Shown here piece after piece: positions 30,743-40,274 of a DNA stretch of 64,000 bases. The first letter of the stretch is position 1. Every line of letters starts with the position of its first letter. The position numbers and the translations under genes were made by a program. The stretch is from a virus, in the IMG/VR virus record IMGVR_UViG_3300006033_000024, positions 6,159 to 70,158 of that record, one strand, 5' to 3'. The notes below the pieces were generated by a model, which worked only from the letters and a program-made list of their open reading frames with translations, ran no database searches and was not told the DNA's origin.

Positions 30743-31222
30743 TTAAACCCCCGTTGATCCAATTCCACCTTTACGGACTTCACTCGTCTTATCATTATCG
30801 GTAATCAGATACTTCTGAAATACACCCTGCATGATCCGTTCGCCACGTTTGATAAACACTGCCTTATCGCTATCATTATGTAATGCGATATGGATATGCC
30901 CTTCGTTATCTGCATTAGAGTAGTCGGCATCAGTCACACCAACGCTATTAGACAACCGAATATTCTTCTTAATTCCTAAACTGCTACGAATATAAAGGAA
31001 TAAAACCTCGTCATCATTCATAACGGCACGGATACCACTTGGAACAACTTCCGTTTTGCCCGGATTGATATGAATTTCGCGGGGACAAAAGAAATCATAC
31101 CCCGCGCTATGTAATGTTGATCTGACCGGAAACTTAATCTCCGACCATTCCTCTTCGGTTAATCCATCCTTTTCGGCTTGATACAAAGACACTTTCTCAA
31201 ATAATCTCATTTGATACCCCAT
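30743..31222 (-). CDS. dut: Trimeric dUTPase
   Basis: Motifs AGYDF, RSSLG, GVTDADY, RIMQG, RKGGIGSTG. Confidence 0.95.
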   Translation of the reverse strand: MGYQMRLFEKVSLYQAEKDGLTEEEWSEIKFPVRSTLHSAGYDFFCPREIHINPGKTEVVPSGIRAVMNDDEVLFLYIRSSLGIKKNIRLSNSVGVTDADYSNADNEGHIHIALHNDSDKAVFIKRGERIMQGVFQKYLITDNDKTSEVRKGGIGSTGV

Positions 31223-31225
31223 TTT

Positions 31226-32122
31226 CTATTTCGCGAACGATAAAATATACGCAATTACATCTACAGTCCAACCATCGCCACAAAGCCCAAGCCGTTTATT
31301 ATCAGACTTGATACAACTTGTGTAGTTATCCGGCAACCCCTGTAGGCGTTCGCCTTCGATTGGATGGCATCTGCGATACAGATCGCCACCCAGATAGATA
31401 TTCAATTTACTCAATGGTTGTTGCTTCATCATGGTGCACATCGTACCGTCAAGATAATAGGCACGGTCTTCTTGTGAATAATGCCTCTTCCCACTGATGT
31501 CCCATTTGACATAATTCTTGGTAAATGTTTTACTATTTTCAATTCGTGGATCCTTGAAGTTACGATAAGAATCATCATACAAAATGTCACACAACGCCGT
31601 ATCCTTTGGTTCTGGCAAAGGAATGACACCATCGTTGATATTCGTCCAGTACAAACGCTTGCGACGTTGTGGAACGAACCAAACGCTATCAATCATAGTG
31701 GGCGCAACGGCGCCAAGTTCTTCGGTCATTATCTTAATCGTCTCTTTATCTGCCACGACGTTTTCCAATAAAAACTGAACCGAAGGATTATTGTTCGCTT
31801 GGATCCATTTTAAGATTCGAACATACTGATAAAAAAGGATTGACTTCGTGCCGTCCAATCCTTTACGATCCGACTTGGCCTTTGATAAATCTTGACATGG
31901 CGAACCACCAATTAGAAAATCAATCTTGGGCAGCTTAGATAGCGCCACGTTGTCAAGTTCTACAACGTTTCCTAGTTGAACCGTATCCGGATAATTGCTA
32001 TTTGCAACCAACATCGAATCTTCGTTAATTTCGCTTGCAAAATAACGATCAATATCGACGCCTGCTTTTTGGAAAGCAACGCGCCCACAACTAATTCCGT
32101 CAAACAAACTAAGTACATTCAT
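31226..32122 (-). CDS. DNA (cytosine-5) methyltransferase
   Basis: LSLFDGISCG, GGSPCQ, ENV, QRRKRLYW. Confidence 0.93.
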   Translation of the reverse strand: MNVLSLFDGISCGRVAFQKAGVDIDRYFASEINEDSMLVANSNYPDTVQLGNVVELDNVALSKLPKIDFLIGGSPCQDLSKAKSDRKGLDGTKSILFYQYVRILKWIQANNNPSVQFLLENVVADKETIKIMTEELGAVAPTMIDSVWFVPQRRKRLYWTNINDGVIPLPEPKDTALCDILYDDSYRNFKDPRIENSKTFTKNYVKWDISGKRHYSQEDRAYYLDGTMCTMMKQQPLSKLNIYLGGDLYRRCHPIEGERLQGLPDNYTSCIKSDNKRLGLCGDGWTVDVIAYILSFAK

Positions 32123-32147
32123 TTTCGCTACCCCGTTTCCGATTTAC

Positions 32148-32165
32148 ATAAAACAACAGTTTTAT
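32148..32165. repeat. ATAAAA-N6-TTTTAT site (CAACAG); 1-mismatch copy at 32181-32198
   Basis: Upstream of the C5-MTase. Confidence 0.85.
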
Positions 32166-32189
32166 TTTAGAAATTCCCTCATAAAATAC

Positions 32190-32768
32190 TTATTTTAAGT
32201 CTGATTTTTTAGCCCATTCCGAAATCATATTCGCGAACGACTTACCATCGGTAAGTTTTACGTCGCATCCGTTTGCAATAAATATTGGTTTGTTGAGTGC
32301 GAACGCCATCCCTAAATCAAACAAGGATCCAGAGCTGTCTTTATCCCAGAAAATATGCACCTCGTTGGCTTCGCGAATCGCATTAAGGTTATCTTTGCAA
32401 ATGCGATAACCGGTGTCGTCCACTTGATTTGTGTCTCGTGCAGGATAGTAAACATCAATACCCTTCGATTCAAGATTTTCAATATATGATGCCATTTCCT
32501 GCTTTTGATAACCAGTGGCGTTGCGAACTGGGCAAATCAGAAATACTTTTGTCTTATATTTAATGAAATTACTTTCTGAATAAATATCCTCAACAAGACC
32601 GCATCTTTTACATTCCCGATAATCATTGCTCTCGCATAATCCGCCACCACTATTGAACTCATAGTGCCATTTATGATCACAATGCATTTGTTCAACGGGA
32701 GACTTAACCTTACGCCCAAATTTAATACCGAACATAATTTCTCCTTTATATGTTTTGATAATCTTCAA
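32190..32768 (-). CDS. Zn-ribbon plus nucleoside 2-deoxyribosyltransferase-like protein
   Basis: C-terminal VFLICPV..YYPARDT..DNLNAI..SSGSLFDLGMAFALNKPI; N-terminal CDH..CKRC. Real start probably MFGIK. Confidence 0.65.
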   Translation of the reverse strand: MKIIKTYKGEIMFGIKFGRKVKSPVEQMHCDHKWHYEFNSGGGLCESNDYRECKRCGLVEDIYSESNFIKYKTKVFLICPVRNATGYQKQEMASYIENLESKGIDVYYPARDTNQVDDTGYRICKDNLNAIREANEVHIFWDKDSSGSLFDLGMAFALNKPIFIANGCDVKLTDGKSFANMISEWAKKSDLK

Positions 32769-33627
32769 AACGTTTACATGATTTCCAAATGATACGATTG
32801 TTGACCCAACGCGCCATATGCCTAATTTGCTTACTAGCGTTCTGCCGATCGTAAATCATTACATAAGGATCATACTCTAATTCCCTTAAACGATAAATTC
32901 GATCCAAATCTTGTTCAAACGTTGTGTCGTAATTAACCAACACATAGACAGACAGTTGCCTGCTTTTGAATCTTAGGACATTTCTAAATTCTTTAAGTTT
33001 ATCATAGGTTCGCTCATCATAACTATCCCAAGCAAAATGGATTGTTTTGACCCTTAATTGATTGATCATTTCTGCCTTTTCTTTTGTCATTAAGCGAATA
33101 TCTAACCCTTGCGAAAAGTCCACTTTGGCTTTGCTATCAACAAGCTGTTGAATCAATTCTTTCCAATCTTTACAAGCAAGTATGTTTGGATCCAATAAGA
33201 CAACTTCTTTTTGTCCGTTCCAAAATTCAGATAGGTTTGCGACCTTACGGGACTGCAAACCTTGATGTTGACTTACGTTGCAAAACGAACAATTGCGTGG
33301 ACATCCTCTTGATAAAAATCCATACGCCTTATCCACACCATATAACGAATAGTCTGGATACATATGTTCAATCTCTCGTGGCAAAGGATTATCAAAATCT
33401 AAGCCGTAGCCAATACCACCACGAATCACTTCTTTAGCACGGATTTCAAACTGAAAGTCCGGTGTCCAATCAAACACTTTGGCGATATAAACACGATCCA
33501 TTTCTAAACTAAACATCGGATCATACCATTCCACGGTATCGCCTTGCGCCTTGTGCCAAGCCGATATTTTCATTAGTGGCACGTTCGGGAACTTACTTGC
33601 ATCCAAATCAATAAGTCCTACAATCAA
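32746..33627 (-). CDS. Radical SAM protein
   Basis: SRGCPRNCSFC (CX3CX2C); N-terminal PNVPLMKISAWHKAQGDTV domain. Confidence 0.88.
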   Translation of the reverse strand: MIVGLIDLDASKFPNVPLMKISAWHKAQGDTVEWYDPMFSLEMDRVYIAKVFDWTPDFQFEIRAKEVIRGGIGYGLDFDNPLPREIEHMYPDYSLYGVDKAYGFLSRGCPRNCSFCNVSQHQGLQSRKVANLSEFWNGQKEVVLLDPNILACKDWKELIQQLVDSKAKVDFSQGLDIRLMTKEKAEMINQLRVKTIHFAWDSYDERTYDKLKEFRNVLRFKSRQLSVYVLVNYDTTFEQDLDRIYRLRELEYDPYVMIYDRQNASKQIRHMARWVNNRIIWKSCKRFEDYQNI

Positions 33628-33640
33628 AACCCCACCTCCT

Positions 33641-33658
33641 ATAAAATCACTCTTTTAT
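33641..33658. repeat. ATAAAA-N6-TTTTAT site (TCACTC)
   Basis: Overlaps a stop codon; followed by AGGAGG on the - strand. Confidence 0.88.
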
Positions 33659-34026
33659 CGTGTTCCAATTTCTCTCATAAACTGACGCGTATCTTCAACC
33701 GACAAAACCCGATCAACCAATCCGGGTAACTCAAGCACGGGGATGCCACATTCGATGGCGCGTACAATTTCTTTGTAGACGCCGGCAGGAATTTTGCCCG
33801 TCGGATAACCTCTAAAGATTAGTAGATTTGTACCACTAACAATATTTAAGAAATATTCCATACCCTGCGCTTTATAAGCGTCTTCATCTTTCGGGCTATT
33901 TGGGTTAATCACTTTGTAGTTGTCGCCAAATAGGTTGTCAATTAAATCCAAATCTCTTATTTCTTGTGGTGTATTATACAGATCAACTGGATGTGCATAA
34001 TAGATTGATAAATTGCGTTCACTCAT
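33655..34026 (-). CDS. Nucleoside deoxyribosyltransferase-like small protein
   Basis: IYYAHP, VINPN, AGVYKEI..A...GIPV pattern. Confidence 0.55.
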   Translation of the reverse strand: MSERNLSIYYAHPVDLYNTPQEIRDLDLIDNLFGDNYKVINPNSPKDEDAYKAQGMEYFLNIVSGTNLLIFRGYPTGKIPAGVYKEIVRAIECGIPVLELPGLVDRVLSVEDTRQFMREIGTR

Positions 34027-35410
34027 TGTCCAACCCTCCTATTTGTTTGGATACCTCATAAATCCATTCTGCTTTGCTAAAATCGTTTTCCATAAACCAC
34101 TTTTTGCAAACTCGACCATATCCGGCAGATATTGCTTCCGAAATGTTCCAATCATCTTCGCCTAATACCGACCCTTTTAAAACTGATAGGGCGTGTAAAC
34201 TCATGCCAAACTCTTTTGATAACGCAATAAATCCATCGTGCGTTTTAGGGAAGAAATTCGCTCTAAGATTTTTCTGATTCCCACCACCCGTCAATAAAAG
34301 ATAAAAGTTTTCTATAAACACATCGTAAGACACTATCTTGTTCGACGTTTTATCTTTATTCACGAATTTATGTGCTACCTGTGGGCGATGACGTTCGACC
34401 ATCAAAAATCTTAAGTCTGAATATATAGAGTCCCACTTCTCTTTTCTTTGTTCTTCATATTCTTCATCGAAATCTAACTTGATATTCTTGGCAATGTATA
34501 CATCCTTTAACCAAAACATACTTGCCTTGTATTTGTTAGGCTCAAAGTCTTTCAATGTCTTTAATTGATTTGAGACATCGCCACCAAACGGACAAGCAAA
34601 GCACCCAGTTCGTTGCATACCATATTTTGTGTACGCTTCAGATAGTGGCATATTGGTTGCACTGATAAAACCTTCTACATCTTGATCAGACCAATCAATA
34701 ATAGGTGATTTAACTATATATTCACCAACAATGCGTGTACAAATCTTGTGGTTCGCGTTTTCTCTTCGTTTGGCTTGGAACTTTCTTGCGCCACCCTCTG
34801 CACTTCGTTCACCACTCATATAGCCCTTCATACCATTTTCTTTTGCAAATGTTTTAAATGGCTTCTTCTTTAAAATGTCGCAACACTCTGCACTGATCTT
34901 AATGTCAAATATAGGGCTAAAAACGTGCATATCTTTATCTGCAAGTCCCCATGTTGGGGATCTTTTTGCACCCGGCTCCTCAACAAGCTGCCGACGGATC
35001 TTTGTGGTTGGTTTTGATTGCGTTTGGCGTAGTGCGTGATCTCTCATCTTGGAAATCATTGGTTTGCCCTTATTCTTTAATACCCAATCAAATGAAACCT
35101 CTGGCGTTACAACGACAACACCATCATAGTAGTTATCCTTAGTCCATTGAACAAAATTATATATCGCGTCTAACTCAATCCCTGTATTGCTAAATACAGC
35201 AGGGATTGAATTGTATGGAATTGTATACAGTTGTTCGCACATTTTAATCAACGTTAAAACAACCGTACTATCTTTACCACCGGAAAAACTTAGGTAACAT
35301 TTCCCATCCGTTTCCTTAAACAAATCCTCAATACGGTGTTGTGCTTCGGCGATTTTTAATTGTAGACGATCGCTTATATTAATTTTGGGGTCTAATTTTA
35401 CTTCAATCAA
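34019..35410 (-). CDS. PAPS reductase-family (PP-loop) protein, paralogue 1; probable TTG start at 35410
   Basis: SFSGGKDS, NTGIE, CC..LKK.P, GERSAEG, RTGCFACPF. Confidence 0.85.
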   Translation of the reverse strand: MIEVKLDPKINISDRLQLKIAEAQHRIEDLFKETDGKCYLSFSGGKDSTVVLTLIKMCEQLYTIPYNSIPAVFSNTGIELDAIYNFVQWTKDNYYDGVVVVTPEVSFDWVLKNKGKPMISKMRDHALRQTQSKPTTKIRRQLVEEPGAKRSPTWGLADKDMHVFSPIFDIKISAECCDILKKKPFKTFAKENGMKGYMSGERSAEGGARKFQAKRRENANHKICTRIVGEYIVKSPIIDWSDQDVEGFISATNMPLSEAYTKYGMQRTGCFACPFGGDVSNQLKTLKDFEPNKYKASMFWLKDVYIAKNIKLDFDEEYEEQRKEKWDSIYSDLRFLMVERHRPQVAHKFVNKDKTSNKIVSYDVFIENFYLLLTGGGNQKNLRANFFPKTHDGFIALSKEFGMSLHALSVLKGSVLGEDDWNISEAISAGYGRVCKKWFMENDFSKAEWIYEVSKQIGGLDNE

Positions 35411-36782
35411 ATTGATTTTCCCCCATTTCCTTAGAAATCTCATAAGCCCATTCTGCGCGTGTATGTTTATATACGTTAAACCACTTAACGCAGATTGCGT
35501 CATAACTTAAGTTAATCGCACCCACAAGGTCAACACTAAACAAATTAAGACCATCGCCAGATTGTTTATTTTTTAATATTCTAAGGCCTATACAAAAATC
35601 TTTAACCAACCGAACAAACCCCACTTGGTCGTCAGTGTACAAATAATCATGTAGGCTGCGGTTATTTGCGTTTAATGCTAACTGCAAATAGAAACGGTTG
35701 ATATATTCCTCAAAAGATACCAACTCGCGATTAATCTTATCTCTGTTGTAATATTTCTCTGATTTATCCGGTCTGTTTTCTACTAGCATTTCGTAGCGCA
35801 GATCAGAATATACTGCATCCCATTTTTTAACGCGATCTGATTCATAATCTTCATCAAACTCCAACTTTGTATTTTGCGCTATATAAACATCTTTTAACCA
35901 AAACATCGTCGCCTTATACTTGTTGGGTTCGTAATCATGCAAAACTTTTAAATTCGTCTTAAGATCTCTTGCAAATGGGCAACCGATACAACCGGTTCGC
36001 TTTAATCCGTACACCTCATATGCCTCTGACAACGGAACCTTATATTCTTCAATGTATTCTGTAATCAAATCATCAGACCAGTCAATAATTGGAAGTTTTA
36101 CGGTATATTTACCTTTAGTCTTGGTGCATATTTTACCACCGTTTTTCATCCTCATGTGTGTAGAAGTTTCTCTAACGCCACCTTCTGCCATGCGTTCACC
36201 AAGAATATAACCCAAAACATCGTGTTCCTTTTGATATTTAACAAAGGGCTTCTTTTTGAGGTAGTTGCAACACTTAGAACTAACTTTAATGTCAAATAAT
36301 GGACTCATAATATGTAAGTCTTTTTCGCCAATTTTTAACTTAGCCGTATAAGACTTTTCGTTCGTCATCATCAACCCTTTGTATCCTACCGTCTGATCAT
36401 TATATTTCTTCTGATAACCCTGTATTAAATCACTTTTAAACTTAGACTTAATCGGTTTACCCTCTTTTTCAAGAACGTAAGAAAAACTAACATCCGGGCG
36501 AATAATCTGTACATTCCCATAATAGTTTTCAGACACCCATTTAACAAACTTTTCGGTGGCATCCAATTCAATCCCAGTATTACTAAAAACGGCAGGGATC
36601 GAATTAGGAATGATTGTATACGCTTCTTCGCACTGCTTTATCAACGATAACAACACCATACTATCTTTCCCACCACTAAAGGCTAAATAGCATTTGCCTT
36701 TGGTTTCGTGGTATAAATCTTCAATTCGATGTTGTGCCTCTAATACTTTCAGTTCTAGTTCTTGAGAAGCCATTGGCACCAA
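35403..36782 (-). CDS. PAPS reductase-family (PP-loop) protein, paralogue 2
   Basis: AFSGGKDS, NTGIE, CCNYLKKKP, GERMAEG, RTGCIGCPF; colinear with paralogue 1. Confidence 0.88.
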   Translation of the reverse strand: MVPMASQELELKVLEAQHRIEDLYHETKGKCYLAFSGGKDSMVLLSLIKQCEEAYTIIPNSIPAVFSNTGIELDATEKFVKWVSENYYGNVQIIRPDVSFSYVLEKEGKPIKSKFKSDLIQGYQKKYNDQTVGYKGLMMTNEKSYTAKLKIGEKDLHIMSPLFDIKVSSKCCNYLKKKPFVKYQKEHDVLGYILGERMAEGGVRETSTHMRMKNGGKICTKTKGKYTVKLPIIDWSDDLITEYIEEYKVPLSEAYEVYGLKRTGCIGCPFARDLKTNLKVLHDYEPNKYKATMFWLKDVYIAQNTKLEFDEDYESDRVKKWDAVYSDLRYEMLVENRPDKSEKYYNRDKINRELVSFEEYINRFYLQLALNANNRSLHDYLYTDDQVGFVRLVKDFCIGLRILKNKQSGDGLNLFSVDLVGAINLSYDAICVKWFNVYKHTRAEWAYEISKEMGENQFD

Positions 36783-36798
36783 CCTTTCTTTTAATCTT

Positions 36799-36969
36799 TT
36801 ATCGTGTATTCCTTTTTATTGTATCTATGGTGGCGCTCATATCTGCCGTCAATTCCAACGACCGATACCCATGATCGTGAATTGCCTCAAGCAACTCAAT
36901 GATCCGATCCATCTTTGTCGAAATATCGGCAAGATATTCGGTGACAACTTCTTCGTGCGAAGGAATCAT
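36799..36969 (-). CDS. Small hypothetical protein (56 aa, not in ORF track)
   Basis: MIPSHEEVVTEYLADIST..; start overlaps the upstream stop (ATGA). Confidence 0.45.
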   Translation of the reverse strand: MIPSHEEVVTEYLADISTKMDRIIELLEAIHDHGYRSLELTADMSATIDTIKRNTR

Positions 36970-37373
36970 ATACCTTTAAACTTCTTGGCGATCACTTCAT
37001 CCATCAAGTCTAACAAATACTTCTTGTTACTAGGCGTTAAGTTTTCAAATCCTTTGATGTCAAATTGGGACGCCGCCAAAGCCTTTTTGTCGGCAACCTT
37101 TGTTGCAATCGTGTCAACGACCTTGTTTTTGATTTCATTAATAATATCGGCGTTGTTAAATGTTTTTTGGATCGAATCGGCAACGATATTCTTAATGTAA
37201 GAATCCATATCGCTATCAGACCAAACCCTGCGTTTCTTGTTAACGTAAGTTTCAATAATGCTATTTGCGATCGTGTCGCGTACCGATTCTGTAAGCCAAG
37301 TTTCAAATTCTGGACTTTCAAAATATCCGTCACGACTGAAATTATCCATATTAACGTCAAATTTAAATTCCAT
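36966..37373 (-). CDS. Hypothetical protein
   Basis: RBS GAGGA; coupled operon. Confidence 0.65.
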   Translation of the reverse strand: MEFKFDVNMDNFSRDGYFESPEFETWLTESVRDTIANSIIETYVNKKRRVWSDSDMDSYIKNIVADSIQKTFNNADIINEIKNKVVDTIATKVADKKALAASQFDIKGFENLTPSNKKYLLDLMDEVIAKKFKGI

Positions 37374-37707
37374 CTGTTTTATCCTCTTTCCCTGTCAATT
37401 TCTTGACCTTGATTTGCAATGCGTTCAACGTATCCTCATGTTTGAACAACCGTTTCTTGCATTTCTTAGCAGCTTCGAAATAAACCTCGTGTCTTGCGTC
37501 CAATTCCTTACATACGGCTTTGTGATATTTCACATGGGCGCGAAGTTGTGCAATCTCACGTCCCGTTTTGGCAACGAACGGAAACAGATCGTCTGGATTC
37601 CAACGCGCACGTCCTACGAACGGATGCTCAAAATCTGGGTGATGGAACAAACAAGTTGTTTTGTTACCTTTGACAATAAATTCATACCAACCACGTTCTT
37701 TACTCAT
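37363..37707 (-). CDS. Hypothetical protein with C-terminal coiled coil
   Basis: RBS AGGAGG; downstream of a promoter. Confidence 0.65.
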   Translation of the reverse strand: MSKERGWYEFIVKGNKTTCLFHHPDFEHPFVGRARWNPDDLFPFVAKTGREIAQLRAHVKYHKAVCKELDARHEVYFEAAKKCKKRLFKHEDTLNALQIKVKKLTGKEDKTDGI

Positions 37708-37725
37708 ATCATTTCCTCCTATGGT

Positions 37726-37754
37726 ATTATACCATATTTTCTTGTTTTACGCAA
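37726..37754 (-). promoter_or_regulatory. SigA-type promoter
   Basis: TTGCGT-17 bp-TATAAT, extended -10. Confidence 0.65.
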
Positions 37755-37954
37755 TCCCCATAATGCCTACAAAGAATCTCGTCAATCAATCCTTCAAATG
37801 CCCAAAAGCTGTTAACTTCACAAACCCCGTTATGTTCGGATAGAAAATATTCCCAGTCTGTACTCTTGATCATTAGGCGTTGTCCCATGATAGTCATGCG
37901 CATACCACCAACATAATTAAACACATACCCAAGTGGATATTTCGGCGGGTTCAT
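37727..37954 (-). CDS. Hypothetical protein
   Basis: 75-aa ORF on the coding strand. Confidence 0.5.
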   Translation of the reverse strand: MNPPKYPLGYVFNYVGGMRMTIMGQRLMIKSTDWEYFLSEHNGVCEVNSFWAFEGLIDEILCRHYGDCVKQENMV

Positions 37955-38051
37955 TCTTTAACGCCACAAAAACATCGAAAGTACAAACAACGCCATAATG
38001 ATGACCAAACCAATGTTTAACGCGTTTACATCGTTCCATAATTGTGGTTTC

Positions 38052-38339
38052 TTACTTTTGAACTTCATTGATTTTATCCTCCAGTTCTTGTGCTTCTTTC
38101 AACAAGTCCATGATATTCCCATATGTTTGCAATAAGTTGCGTTCGTCCTCTGTCCAATTACGATTTGAAGCGCGAAGTCCAGTTAATTGATACCGGTCTG
38201 CAAAGAATAAAATCAGAGCATCAAAACTGATTTCGTTGTGACTGATCCGAACGTCTCTTTCAAAATCGATATTATCTGCCGCCAAATGGCAACACTTCAC
38301 CAAATTCTTATCGCGATAAAATAAATCTTTTATTTTCAT
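38052..38339 (-). CDS. Hypothetical protein (N-terminus encoded by a palindrome site)
   Basis: RBS GGAGGA; ATGA overlap with the upstream gene. Confidence 0.6.
   Translation of the reverse strand: MKIKDLFYRDKNLVKCCHLAADNIDFERDVRISHNEISFDALILFFADRYQLTGLRASNRNWTEDERNLLQTYGNIMDLLKEAQELEDKINEVQK
38316..38333. repeat. ATAAAA-N6-TTTTAT site (TAAATC)
   Basis: At a gene junction. Confidence 0.8.
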
Positions 38340-38683
38340 AATTCCTCCGGGTAGTTTTCTTCATACCACGCCACCATATCCTCAACCGAATTAAATACCG
38401 AATATTCATCCGACAGACTAAACGTTCCATCACCACATTTGTGTACGCATGTAATATATCCGTCTCGGTCGCCAGACAACCCCAGTACGGCATGCAAAGC
38501 AGCTTCAATCCGGTATAGGCGTTTGGCGTCATAAACAATCCCTTGGATCAACACAAACTCATCCGGCAAATTAAATCCTTTTTCATTATCTAACAGGATT
38601 TCCCTAACTTGTGGTGTCCACACACCATTTGACTTATCTTCATGCTCTAAGATTTTATTCCATGCAATTTGATACTTGTTCAT
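38336..38683 (-). CDS. Hypothetical protein bounded by two palindrome sites
   Basis: 115 aa, between sites at 38316 and 38682. Confidence 0.6.
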   Translation of the reverse strand: MNKYQIAWNKILEHEDKSNGVWTPQVREILLDNEKGFNLPDEFVLIQGIVYDAKRLYRIEAALHAVLGLSGDRDGYITCVHKCGDGTFSLSDEYSVFNSVEDMVAWYEENYPEEL

Positions 38684-38699
38684 AAAAGTCCCATTTTAT
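38682..38699. repeat. ATAAAA-N6-TTTTAT site (GTCCCA)
   Basis: Fills the intergenic gap exactly. Confidence 0.88.
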
Positions 38700-38902
38700 C
38701 AGTAGCAAGGCAACAAATAACGCGCCACGCGTAACAACTCTTCGGCAGGGATATGCACCTCTTCCTCGCCGATTTCACAACCATAGATAAGTCCGTTTGC
38801 ATATACACAATGTAACCGTTCGCTATTGCGTGTGATCACCCAGAACGGGATACCAAGTTCAGCTACGTTGTGCAATTCTTCAATTATTTCTGAATATTTC
38901 AT
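38699..38902 (-). CDS. Hypothetical protein
   Basis: RBS AAGGAG; coupled. Confidence 0.55.
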   Translation of the reverse strand: MKYSEIIEELHNVAELGIPFWVITRNSERLHCVYANGLIYGCEIGEEEVHIPAEELLRVARYLLPCY

Positions 38903-39187
38903 TCATTCCAACTCCTTCCCAAACTGAATCGATTCAAGAGTGCAGCCTTTGAGATCGTGCTTTCTTGCATATTCGCGTGCCTCTTCGGATGTTCTGAAAG
39001 CGATTCTCGGCGGGTACCCAACTTTCTTAACTTTCAGAATATGAGTGAAATTTTGGTCAACAAGTTCTTTTAACAATCCAACTTCTTGCCAACGTAGTAT
39101 TCTTGATTCACCCGGAAGATCTTGTATTTGACCACAATTAATCAAGTCTTCAACAATTTCATCCAATGCTTCTTGGTATTTATTCAT
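38903..39187 (-). CDS. Hypothetical protein flanked by a 22-bp direct repeat
   Basis: RBS AAGGAG; MNKYQEAL start. Confidence 0.6.
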   Translation of the reverse strand: MNKYQEALDEIVEDLINCGQIQDLPGESRILRWQEVGLLKELVDQNFTHILKVKKVGYPPRIAFRTSEEAREYARKHDLKGCTLESIQFGKELE

Positions 39188-39580
39188 TCATTCCAACTCC
39201 TTCCAAACGGCTTCCAACTTCTCTTTAATTTCGTGATGTGCAAAACACTCGGCTTTTGAACGAAAACAATTGCCAAAGGCGTATCGCTGGATGTCTATGT
39301 TACAACAGAATGTTTCGTTAATGACGCCACAATTAGCCCAACACCAATATTCTTCTCCGAATTTAGGCTTGAACGGTTTAACAAGTTCGCGAATTTCGTC
39401 CATTAAAAGGTCTGAAAGACCATCAAGAACCAAATTGCGATGATCTACCCCTAAATCGACCACATAGTTACCGGTGGTGCCGATAATCACTTCACGCCAT
39501 CCAATGTCCGTTTTTACTTCCATGCGTTTTTTCTTATCTGCGACATCAATCAATAATCTGCATCTTTCAAGTTTATTCAT
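39188..39580 (-). CDS. Hypothetical phage protein
   Basis: KPKFGEEYW..GNCFRSKAE motif; RBS AAGGAGG. Confidence 0.65.
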   Translation of the reverse strand: MNKLERCRLLIDVADKKKRMEVKTDIGWREVIIGTTGNYVVDLGVDHRNLVLDGLSDLLMDEIRELVKPFKPKFGEEYWCWANCGVINETFCCNIDIQRYAFGNCFRSKAECFAHHEIKEKLEAVWKELE

Positions 39581-39792
39581 TCCTTCGCCTCCTTACTTTC
39601 TAATGTGTATTCTTTCCCTAAAATACCCTCAAACGATCGGGCAATTGTATCAACACCCCAGCCCTTTGTCCAAAAAACCTCTTGTGGATCATATGGTGCC
39701 TGCTTTAACGTCCAATCCCAACCCCCAAAAGATACCACATTACCAATTTCTAACCCCATGTACTCCGCAACTTCTCTTGTCGTTGTTTTCAC
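39577..39792 (-). CDS. Hypothetical protein
   Basis: RBS AAGGAG with GTGA overlap. Confidence 0.55.
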   Translation of the reverse strand: MKTTTREVAEYMGLEIGNVVSFGGWDWTLKQAPYDPQEVFWTKGWGVDTIARSFEGILGKEYTLESKEAKE

Positions 39793-40187
39793 TTGTTCTC
39801 CTTAGTGGATTCATCAATCCTATCCTTACTGATCGAATACCAAAATTCAATTTCATCATCGTAATTAATATCGCCATTTTTCTTGCGTGTCGCATAGGCT
39901 TCGTAATACACAAACCACGTTCCGGGAATGAGTTCTGGATCGACATCTTGCCAAGCAAGTTCACGCCCAAGCAGTTTCATTTCTTCGCGGATGGACAGAA
40001 CGACGTCGTTGTTCGTAGTCTTCTGCAGGGGATACGATTTCTCACTTAAATCAGTGCCCCTAAACGAAGATCTAACGTTAAAATAATGACCATCTTTAAT
40101 CTTCTTACGCAGCCAAACAGAATATTGTAGATTGAAATATATCCGCCAGAACGGAACAAATAAATTATGCCAGAAACATGAGTTCAT
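39789..40187 (-). CDS. Hypothetical protein
   Basis: RBS AAGGAG, promoter upstream. Confidence 0.6.
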   Translation of the reverse strand: MNSCFWHNLFVPFWRIYFNLQYSVWLRKKIKDGHYFNVRSSFRGTDLSEKSYPLQKTTNNDVVLSIREEMKLLGRELAWQDVDPELIPGTWFVYYEAYATRKKNGDINYDDEIEFWYSISKDRIDESTKENK

Positions 40188-40210
40188 ATTACTCTCCTTA
40201 ATTCTTCCCT

Positions 40211-40239
40211 ATTATAACACAATTTACTTAAAAAATCAA
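40211..40239 (-). promoter_or_regulatory. SigA-type promoter
   Basis: TTGATT-17 bp-TATAAT, extended -10. Confidence 0.65.
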
Positions 40240-40274
40240 TTACCAAAATAAGCACAACGCATAGCAAACAAAGG

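Noticed and set aside
35411-35503. N-terminal extension of the 494-aa PAPS reductase call
   Set aside because: It overlaps the upstream paralogue by 100 bp; a TTG at 35410 with a GGGGG RBS fits the paralogue's N-terminus better.
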